Shown here piece by piece: positions 1-8,820 of a stretch of 20,302 bases of DNA (its first letter is position 1; each line of letters opens with the position of its first letter). This DNA comes from Azolla caroliniana (lineage: Eukaryota; Plantae; Polypodiophyta): contig JBHGNT010000572.1 in NCBI GenBank assembly GCA_043228905.1, positions 1-20,302 of the forward strand. The letters run 5' to 3'. The position numbers and the translations under genes are program-made. Below the pieces are notes generated by a model. That model saw only the letters and a list, made by a program, of their open reading frames with translations. It was not told the DNA's origin and made no database searches.

Positions 1-724
1 ATATGTTGCATGCCTTGGATGTCCCTACATATGAAGTATCACTTGTTTAATGTACCACTATTACTCTCAATAATACACATAATTTTTTCTATTGAATGGA
101 CAAATATTTATTCGTCCAATCCTTAATCTGATGAAGCAAGAACATGCGGTTACAAAGAGAGCTCCAACAATTCTTCTTCTAATAGTTATTTCATCTTTAT
201 CACCTCCTTTCCTTCCCTATTCTTATACCATGCTTATTCATCCTCTAATAATTTTTTCATCTTGATCCTCTCCTTTCTTTCCCTGTGAAGAAAATAATGA
301 CTCGTAAAGCTCTAATACTTCCTAGTTCACACAAAAGTTTGATTTCACTATTTCAACATAAAGACCCATCTTTTCACTCGTAATAAGAAGGAAGCATCTA
401 GCATGGTATTTGTTACCCTTCAAAAATTGCTTATACATAGGAGAATCATGAGAATGGAATATTAGGTGGACATTGAGTCAAATCTAGCATGGATTTGTCT
501 AGATGAGGATGTATTTATAAAATTGTTTTTTCTCGACATGCTTCTACTTTTCCATAACATGAAATGTCGTAACAATAATTGGACTAATAGTGAACAAAGT
601 TCTAGTGGTAAAAGTTAACTATCAGACACATGCACAATAAAGTAGACGATTTTTTATCAAGGTCATAAAATGTAAGAATTCAAGTTAGTATGCATGTTGT
701 AACCAATGCAGACCTAATGTTTTC

Positions 725-1870
725 ATGATGTTAATACTTACCCGGCCATATGTGGCAAATATCCATGACATTTTGCTAGCTCAATCAGAGAGTGTCATCT
801 ACAATGAAGCATTCGACAAATTTCTTTCTAAACACAAAGAATTAAGTCATTTTAATTATGTATCGAAATCATATACTGAAATATTGCTCAAATTGCACAT
901 GCTTCCTTGTCCAGATGTTATTTCAATATATCATTATGCTACAACATGGGTTGAAGGTGCATATTCAAAATCCACCATCAAATATTGTAATTCACTACAT
1001 CAACGTGCATGCATACTCGTATTGCCCTTTTATATAGCAATGACCACACAAATGTTTCCCTCAAAATCATAATGCAGCATATTATATTTTATATTTGGTA
1101 GGAAAGATAGTAAGGCACACAATTGGACCACAAACCAAGCATGTGTAATCTTATCACGTGTCTTGTCAATATTGTAAGCATATCAACACTTTGATGTGAT
1201 AATGGGTGGTACATATTTGGCGACATGAAATATATAGCGTAGGTTTGATGTTTGATCTCTAGATGTATCTATATCCTACTATAGACATTGAGGGGTCCTT
1301 TGTGCTCAGAAATATATGGTGAAGATGGTTAAGTGCACCTTTTTCAAAGCAACTAGACCCAACATGATATTATTGCTCTACAAAAGTCCCTTGTTCTAAC
1401 ATAGTGCCAAAACATCATAAAATTTAATGCAAAATCATTGCAAATATTTGTGGTTGCTCAAATCTTTCCAATGAACCTTGATGTTCATATTATAGCGACA
1501 AATTTTCTTTAGCCCCAACATGGAGTGATACAATCTTGAGAGAGGTGCACTTTCCTTAAACCAATTGGGTATGATATTATTGAAAGTGTTACTTCCCTAA
1601 CATAATTTAGGCATGTAAGGTGGATTCATAATTTCCTCGATTATTGAGTGTTTATTAAATGGGAATACAAATATATTAAAATAAGTTTGAACTCCTTTCT
1701 AAGTGGTTGAATAGAATATATATGGAAGATGAGCGCAATAATATGATTTATGGGATGAAGAGATTGAAAAGTGGTGGACAAATTCATTTGAGAACATGTG
1801 TTTATGTGGTGACATGGGGGACCGAAACCCAATGGCAAGGGGGCACTAAGCATAGTTATAAAACAGTGTA
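725..1870 (+). mobile_element. Possible highly degenerate Mutator-like (MULE/FAR1-type) transposase remnant
   Basis: ORF 725..1072 contains KLHMLPCPDVISIY...WVEGAYSKST, which resembles the second half of a SWIM zinc finger (xLPCxHVIA...YV..Y). Near 1758-1820 the sequence reads KRLKSGGQIHLRTC and, after a frameshift, LCGDMG, like the C-terminal Cx2C zinc knuckle of MULE transposases. Motif resemblance only; no TIRs seen and boundaries are approximate. Confidence 0.3.
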
Positions 1871-2714
1871 TTAGGAAGATCATGGCTATGCACGAAGTCC
1901 ACTCCTAGTCATTTCAATAAGCATTTGCATGTAGGTACAACAAATACTTTATTTTCTCTAAACATGTTTTAGTTATACTAATGTTTGATTAAGGATAGAT
2001 ACGAAGTAGGCCATGCAAATCAAAGCGCCAATTATCGCAACTATTGTCTCGTTACGGTCCAAAATCCCAACTTGCACAGAATCCAAGTCTCGTAAAGAAG
2101 ACAACACAGGACAATGCAATCAAAAGATCCAAAGCCTAATCACGCTCTCTGAGTTTTTTGAAGCCTATGTGCAAATTGGCACTTTAATTATTGATACCTA
2201 TGGGCTAATAGCATGCATGCAATGTTAGGTAGCTTAATTTGTACTTCAATCGCCCGTATGTAAATTCATCGACGACAAATGCCATAATTAGAGTCAATTC
2301 CATGTGACAATTCTAGATTTGTGGCAATTGTAAGCAAACATACATATTGCAACTCAAAATCTTTAGGGGAGAAATTCATGAATTGATCCATGATCGAAGC
2401 AAAAGTGGAAGGAAATAAAGTCACGATCAACCTACAATAATCTCGATACATATGTGGGTATGGCCAACTTGCGTTGATTGTTTCATTCGAAGAGTAACGA
2501 GAGAGTTACGAGGCCAGTATATGTGCTAGTTGATTAGGATGGGTTTGCTAGTTTGAGTTTCAAGGGTCTCTCTCTGGTGTGACTAGATACTGATCGCCAA
2601 TAATCCAATACAAGAGTTCTACTCCATTATAAGAAAGTGGGATGCTACAAAGGTCGAAGATTGGGAGGGAAGTCTCCTATACTTTCTCGAGGAACTTACA
2701 AGAGCTACCCCTAG

Positions 2715-2960
2715 AAGCATGCCTGTCGAGGGAATGTAGAAAGCCTTTGCATCTCATGATGTGTGAAATGGGATTGAAGACTATGGTCAATGGTTATCAT
2801 GCAGAGGAGGAAGTCGAGCACGAGGGGCTCCTCAAGTCTTGATTCCGAGTATTTCTTCAGAAGGGAGGGAAGAAATGGTCTAAGACCTTTCACTCTGCTT
2901 CATTGTGGTTTGTTATGGGTTATCATGGCTAGAGCCATTGTAATGTTTTCCCGCCTAAAC
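2715..2960 (+). mobile_element. Possible degenerate LINE ORF2 C-terminal (zf-RVT-like) fragment
   Basis: Reading across frameshifts gives HACRGNVESL/HLMMCE (Cx2C..E..HL..C-like) and later LWVI/WLE..CNVF, similar to the WxIWxxRNxxVF motif at the end of plant L1 ORF2. Two or more frameshifts are required, so this is tentative. Confidence 0.3.
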
Positions 2961-3110
2961 ATTTCGACATGTATGCAGAAGTTCTACTAATGAAGAATAA
3001 TCTTTTCGGAAATGGTCTGAGACGAACTGTGTGTCCGACAGATGAGGGTGTGTAGCATGTGGAGGCGTATGTGGGCCGTTATCCAAGCAAAGAGAAGTTG
3101 TAGGCATATT

Positions 3111-3494
3111 ACATACATACATACATACATAAAGTACAGTACAGTACATACATATACATACATACAATACAATACATACATACATACATACATACATACA
3201 TACATACATACATACATACATACATACATACATACATACATACATACTTACATCCACATACATGATACAATACACACATACATACTGATACATCCATCCT
3301 TAAATACATGCATGCATGCATGCATACATGATTATACATCCATACATACATACAATACAATACATACATACATACATACATACATACATACATACTTACA
3401 TCCACATACATGATACAATACACACATACATACTGATACATCCATCCTTAAATACATGCATGCATGCATGCATACATGATTATACATCCATACA
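3111..3494. repeat. (ACAT)n compound microsatellite containing a 148-bp higher-order tandem duplication
   Basis: Long ACAT arrays. The block CTTACATCCACATACATGATACAATACACAC...CATGCATGCATGCATGCATACATGATTATACATCCATACA occurs at 3247..3346 and again at 3395..3494 (offset 148). It explains the YIHT and MYVC pseudo-ORFs. Confidence 0.95.
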
Positions 3495-3562
3495 GACAGA
3501 GACCGTATGTGAGTAACCTTTAGGCTTTAAAGCTTGTCTTGGGGTGAGGGAAGAAGAGCTAC

Positions 3563-3564
<2 letters not shown>

Positions 3565-3600
<36 letters not shown>

Positions 3601-3628
3601 TGAATGAATGAAGGAAGGAAGGAAGGAA
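3565..3628. repeat. (AG)n microsatellite followed by (GAAT)n and (GGAA)n; likely promoter/5' UTR of the GRAS gene
   Basis: Pure AG run at 3565..3595, then GAATGACTGAATGAATGAAGGAAGGAAGGAAGGAA. GA repeats are common near plant transcription starts (BPC/GAGA-type elements). The regulatory role is inferred. Confidence 0.85.
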
Positions 3629-3777
3629 CATGGTTTCTGACTCTTCCCCTCTTTTTCCTCTGCAACACCAAACTACTGTGGCAAAGGAAGGGAGCAATTT
3701 ACCCACCCAAAACCCCACCCCCCCTTTCAAATCTCCATGGCCACTACTACACTTCCATCTTTAATCATTCTCATGTG

Positions 3778-4247
3778 GTATGTAAATCTTCTCCATTTTC
3801 TCCCTCTCTCTACACAAAGTCCATATGCATCTGAGTTCATCTCAGAGAAGATAATCGCCATGATTTAGTTTGCTTAACAAAAAAGCAAAGGTTACACCGA
3901 CAGAGCAGATTGATTTTGAGGGTTTTCGGTCTTATCCTCCCCTGCTTCCCCTGCTTCCCCCGCTTCAATGGTCTCTGTTTCCCTTAGGGTCACATAGATC
4001 CACCTCTGCCATTAGCTTACTTCCTTTTTCATCTTTGCACTTTCAGTCTCTTAATTTTAACTGGATGTCTTTTTGCATGTCTCACTATCTGTGTACTATA
4101 TCTGTTCCGATATTTTATAGCCACAGTAATTTTTGTGACCGTATCCCATTTTCTCTTGACACGTGATAGCAAAATTGTTGTGTGCTCTATTGGTTCTAGA
4201 CAATTAGGACCTTTGAAGTAAGTTCCAAATTTGCGCTATATTTGCAG
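3778..4247 (+). other. Putative 5' UTR intron of the NSP2-like gene
   Basis: Donor GTG/GTATGT at 3778, pyrimidine-rich interior, and acceptor TATATTTGCAG/G ending at 4247, 32 nt before the ATG at 4280. The acceptor is more certain than the donor. Confidence 0.5.
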
Positions 4248-4279
4248 GGCATGATAATGATATTTGGTCTTGGTTTGGA

Positions 4280-6277
4280 ATGAAACACATTGATTTTTAC
4301 CCGGCTAGTAATATAGGCCAAATTTATTACAATCCTGTATTGAGTCTAGGAGGAGGAGGAGGGGGTTATGATTATGATTCTATGGATGAATTACTTACAA
4401 ATCCATTGATTTACTCCACTGCATTAACACCACGCCCAGTGAGTTCACACACATGCAGTGATGGTTCCACTTCGGCCGGGTCCTTTTGTGGGGATCAGTT
4501 GATGGGTCTCGTGTTCGACCCAAAATGCACAGAGATTGCACCACTCGAACATACATGGTTTCCTGATTCAGCCGACTTCTCCTATCCGTCACATTATGCT
4601 GCGCCAGGCACTTCATGTTCGGGCAATTCGCCTGACTCTTCAAATACTGGTGACCCTGGAATGTCCGATTTTGGCTTGTGGGAAAGACAAAAGAAAGCCG
4701 ATATTGGCCTAGAAGAGATGTTTGCTCCTTCTTTGAAAAAGAAAAAGACGAAGATGGATGAAGACCTTAGCCAAGGAGGAAGAATCTTTGCTGATGGGTC
4801 CAAATTGATTCCTTTCGGACCTAGTGATGCTGAAAGAAATCTGATAACAACTGCCAGTATTGGTGTTCAACTCCCTTTGCAAGATGGGTTCAATGAATAT
4901 GGGTCTTCTGGTAATCCTTTCACCTCAAATGCCAAGCAGCATTATAATAATGACGGGTTCAAAGAATATACTTCGGCCATTGCTTTTAACACAAACCAGA
5001 ATGAAAATGGTCCATGTCCATCGGAGAATACTGCTCGAGATGATGGTACAAATACAATCATTACACAAATACACCAAGATGATATACGAGGGTTTGGATT
5101 GAATCCGATCCTCGGGTCTCCACTTGGGGCCATTAGGTGTGAGAGTGATTATAATGAGATTTGCCTTGTCCACCTCCTCATTGCGGGTGCTGAGGCAGTG
5201 GCCACAAGGGACATGGACTTAGCTTCAGTGATATTGGTTCGGCTCAAAGAGTTAGTCTCTTGTACAGGTAGCACGATGCAACGTGTGGCCACATACTTTA
5301 CCTGGGGGCTTCAGTGCCGGATAGAGTCAGGGGGGATTCATGGGGATAGATACCACATCGATCCGCAAACAGATATCCTCTCGGCCTTCCAAATTCTTCA
5401 CGAGGTGTCGCCCTACATCAAGTTTAGTCATTTCACAGCTAATGAGGCAATCCTGGAGGCCGTGGAAGAGGAGCAACATATTCACATTATTGACTTTGAG
5501 ATCATGGAAGGTATCCAGTGGCCCCCACTTATGCAAGCCTTAGCTTCGAGGAAGGGCGGGGCCCCTGAGCTAAAGATCACTGCCTTGTATCGGCCTTATG
5601 CAGACAGAGGGCTCGCCACAGTGCAAGAAACAGGTAAACGTCTCACCGAATTCGCATCGTCACTCGATGTGCCGTTTAGTTTCGGCCTTCTTACCATCAA
5701 CAGCAGTGAAGATGAGGAACTGAATGCATCAAATATCAAGCTTACAAAAGGAGAAGCCTTGGTGGTAAATTGCATGCTCAATCTCCCACACATGCCACAT
5801 AAGGCACCCACGACTGTGTCTTCCTTCTTCCGAGGGGTGCGGAGGCTCAATCCTGTCGTGTTCACATTCGTGGAGGAAGAGCTAGGTTGCGGTACAACGA
5901 CAGCAGCCGCCTCCTTCTTCGAAGCCCTTCATCACTACTCTGCAGTATGCGACTCTCTGGAGGTATGCCTTGAGTCTGAAACTGTGGCTCGGATGCTCGT
6001 GGAAAGGGTGTTCCTTGCGCCTCGGATCAATAGCACAGTGGCTGTGTGGAACGGGTTTTGCCGAGCCGAGGTCAGGGCAAAACTGTTGACCGACAATTGG
6101 TGCTCCCTTCTTCGTTCACTCGGTTTCAAACCTCGTCCATTGTCATTCCACAATGTGTCTCAAGCTCAGCTTCTTCTAGGGCTTTACAAAGATGGCTTCA
6201 AGCTCGATGAAAGAAGTGACCGCCTCGTCCTGGGATGGCGAGGTAAGCCTCTTTTTGCTGCCTCTGTATGGAATTGA
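4280..6277 (+). CDS. NSP2: GRAS-family transcription factor, NODULATION SIGNALING PATHWAY 2 (NSP2) clade, 665 aa
   Basis: Uninterrupted ORF with the GRAS domain from about aa 294. LHR I: LVHLLIAGAEA...DLASVILVRLKELVS...GSTMQRVA. VHIID region: SPYIKFSHFTANEAILEAV..HIHIIDFEIMEGIQW. NSP2-like segments ATVQETGKRLTEFASSL, KGEALVVNCMLNLPH, LHHYSAVCDSLE and ARMLVERVFLAPRI. SAW end: LVLGWRGKPLFAASVW. Confidence 0.93.
   Translation: MKHIDFYPASNIGQIYYNPVLSLGGGGGGYDYDSMDELLTNPLIYSTALTPRPVSSHTCSDGSTSAGSFCGDQLMGLVFDPKCTEIAPLEHTWFPDSADFSYPSHYAAPGTSCSGNSPDSSNTGDPGMSDFGLWERQKKADIGLEEMFAPSLKKKKTKMDEDLSQGGRIFADGSKLIPFGPSDAERNLITTASIGVQLPLQDGFNEYGSSGNPFTSNAKQHYNNDGFKEYTSAIAFNTNQNENGPCPSENTARDDGTNTIITQIHQDDIRGFGLNPILGSPLGAIRCESDYNEICLVHLLIAGAEAVATRDMDLASVILVRLKELVSCTGSTMQRVATYFTWGLQCRIESGGIHGDRYHIDPQTDILSAFQILHEVSPYIKFSHFTANEAILEAVEEEQHIHIIDFEIMEGIQWPPLMQALASRKGGAPELKITALYRPYADRGLATVQETGKRLTEFASSLDVPFSFGLLTINSSEDEELNASNIKLTKGEALVVNCMLNLPHMPHKAPTTVSSFFRGVRRLNPVVFTFVEEELGCGTTTAAASFFEALHHYSAVCDSLEVCLESETVARMLVERVFLAPRINSTVAVWNGFCRAEVRAKLLTDNWCSLLRSLGFKPRPLSFHNVSQAQLLLGLYKDGFKLDERSDRLVLGWRGKPLFAASVWN
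5227..5247 (+). promoter_or_regulatory. miR171 (NSP2-type, miR171h-like) target site
   Basis: AGTGATATTGGTTCGGCTCAA is the exact reverse complement of UUGAGCCGAACCAAUAUCACU, a miR171-family type sequence. It lies at the VILVRL codons, the position where legume and rice NSP2 are targeted. Confidence 0.9.
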
Positions 6278-6736
6278 TGGAGAGGACATTTGCATATTTT
6301 TGTCATCAAATCTATCATTTATGACGGGGGAATGAATAAGCAAACCATTTGTCGAGTTTGGATTCTGAGATTGGATTTTTACATTTATGCGCAAGTGAGA
6401 TCATCTGGAGTGATGTAAATTCACTTCTTTGATGCGTGATCTATAATAATATGTTTTGGATGCCTATGTTTCCTATTATCTGTATACCTACCTATGCATT
6501 GGCCATAGCAATGGAATTGTGCTAGTCACGATTGGATGAGAACCTGGACAGTTGGATGAAATAAGGGTGGATTTACACTACATAACAGAAAAGTATGTAG
6601 AAAATATTTCCCGTCTCATTTCTAAATATCCGTCCAAATTCAGATCAAAATTTTCTTTCTCTTTTGTATATTTAGCCCCACCACTGGGAGGTAATGGTTG
6701 GTTCTATAACAATTACTTTTTTGTGTCAATTGGTTG

Positions 6737-6795
6737 TTTATATAGAGAGAGGAGAGAGTGCAAAAGCAAGCAAAGATGGGAGAGAGAGAGAAGCC
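6737..6795 (-). promoter_or_regulatory. Putative minus-strand core promoter (CT-rich tract plus TATATAAA) facing the 3' end of NSP2
   Basis: The minus strand reads CTTCTCTCTCTCTCCCATCTTTGCTTGCTTTTGCACTCTCTCCTCTCTCTATATAAACAACC. No transcript evidence is available. Confidence 0.3.
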
Positions 6796-7817
6796 CATTT
6801 CCTGTCAATTTATTGGAAACATTATATGGTGGCAAAACAGCAATACCCCACCTTGAAAGTGGTTTGCAAACTAGTCAACCTACTATGAAATAAGAGACTG
6901 AAATCATTGACAAAATGAAGATAATGGGAGAATATTTAAGGCATGGATTTTTTTTTTACTTCCCATCAAAGCATGGAACATGAAACATTTAGTCTCCATT
7001 GAACAATGGAAGACATGACTAACTTCATTTGTTCTTTATCTTTTTTGTATCATGGACATGCTTGATACAATGTACTATAGTCTATTATAGCTACATTATA
7101 TTATTATCAGAAGCTATTTGAAGACGTGGTGGGTATAATTTATGAATATGAAAAAACAAATTTTTTTTTAATATTTCAAAAACTAAGGTTGAATCGAGCT
7201 TTACTGTGTTAAGTTTACTTGCTAAGCAATCACTTAGTACTTTTAATGCCCAATTCATCTCTTATTAAATATCATTGTGATGATCAATGCACTATGTGGA
7301 ATCATAATTGAGTGTTTTTTCTTCATGAATATTGCAGAGTTTCTTTGTGACAATGAAAACATGGATGCTATACGTAGCAAAAGTTTACATGAGTTGTAAA
7401 TCTATGATAATGTCACATGAACTAACAATGGTCAATTGTGTCCTGTTGATGAAGCATTATCAGATTAGGTAATCCAGTATACATTCTATTTATTTTTTAA
7501 AAGTACATACTACCATTTGAGTTCCAAATGCTTTGTAGGTTATTAAGCATATAGCTATTCTCTAGCAACTTTTCATAGCTTCTTAACATATTGAAGGAGA
7601 TTTGGTCTTTTGTCTATTGTTAGTTCTAATATATACATCTCAGTAAATGTCTCTAAATAGTTGAAAGGGCAATAATTGTGTATACTATCTCAGCTCTTTA
7701 ACGTAGTGACAGAGCTATTTAATTATCATGAGTTTGTGGTAAATTGTATGATCACAATTGTTATTTGTTCATGGTTGATCTCACAATGGACTACCTAATA
7801 TATTTGAAAGGGCCCCC

Positions 7818-7913
7818 ATTGAATAAATACGACCTACTTAAAAATGCACGCACATATGTATATAAAACAATATAGAAAATTTTATATGATTGAATAAATA
7901 CTACCTACTTAAA
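7818..7913. repeat. Imperfect 25-bp direct repeat with 71-bp spacing
   Basis: ATTGAATAAATAC(G/T)ACCTACTTAAA at 7818..7842 and 7889..7913. Each copy is followed by CA-rich sequence and AAAACAA(T/G)ATAGAAAA. Confidence 0.8.
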
Positions 7914-8699
7914 GTAACATTCAACATACACACACGCACGCACACACGCACACACCATACAAAACAAGATAGAAAAACTATAGGGCCCATTATTTGGATC
8001 AATTGATGATGCAATTGTGGAACATGAGAGAGATTTTAAATAAGTGATGGTAAATGATTGAGTAACAAAGCAAGATCATACGTGAGGGAGGGGTTGAGAA
8101 TGGGGTTGTCAATGCAAAATTTTGAAGGCAAAATCTAGAGAAACATAGATTAATTACATTATGTCTCGATATTGATTATTAGAAGTCAAAATGTGCTACC
8201 CTATCTTTATTTTGAAGACATTACTTGTTACATGATATACCTTGTAAATGTGATAAATTTGATTACATAACCTTAGAGATTATATTCTAAGCTCCAAAGA
8301 GTGTATTTACTAAATATGTAACTAAGAGAGAATATGTCAAAGTAAACCCATCATGTAAAGTTTTCTAGAAATGTTTGAGAAACCAAATATAGTATGCTAA
8401 GATGGAACGTGCTCATGGTTGTATCACCAAGTTGGAATATACAAACCTTCCTACTTGGTAGATGTTTGTGAATCATACATTGATAACATCACGGTGTTAC
8501 AAAGAATAATTATTAAGTATCGATGAACCACGTATTATAAAATAAAACAAGAAGGGATTGTAAACAATGGAGAAGATAACGAAATTTAACTAAGAAAGGA
8601 AAATTGTATTGAAGGCTTGACACTAATTTATTCAATCATGATCATTTAGAAGACTTTATGATGAATATTAACATATTTTGGTTTGCAATAGTTAGATAT

Positions 8700-8820
8700 A
8701 GGTGTCAACTTGTTAGATTCAAGCATAATTATTAACTCAAATATTGAGTTATTAATTCACACAGGTGTCAACTTGTTAGATTCAAGCATAATTATTAACT
8801 CAAATATTGAGTTATTAATT
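8700..8820. repeat. Perfect 58-bp tandem duplication (period 63) with an internal hairpin
   Basis: AGGTGTCAACTTGTTAGATTCAAGCATAATTATTAACTCAAATATTGAGTTATTAATT at 8700..8757 and 8763..8820, separated by CACAC. Confidence 0.95.

Noticed and set aside
959-966. P1BS-like motif GCATATTC upstream of NSP2
   Set aside because: A single degenerate 8-mer over 3 kb from the ATG, inside a probable TE relic. This is expected by chance in AT-rich DNA.
2955-3516. ORFs with MYVC and YIHT repeats on both strands
   Set aside because: They are translations of the stop-free (ACAT)n microsatellite.
4218-4247. GTAAGT donor paired with the acceptor at 4247
   Set aside because: The intron would be only 30 nt, too short for a normal plant intron.
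4700-4717. Second GATATTGG core resembling a miR171 site
   Set aside because: The following bases (CCTAGAAGAG) do not pair with the miR171 5' seed.
4395-6394. Short antisense and alternate-frame ORFs within the GRAS CDS
   Set aside because: Shadow ORFs with no recognisable motifs.
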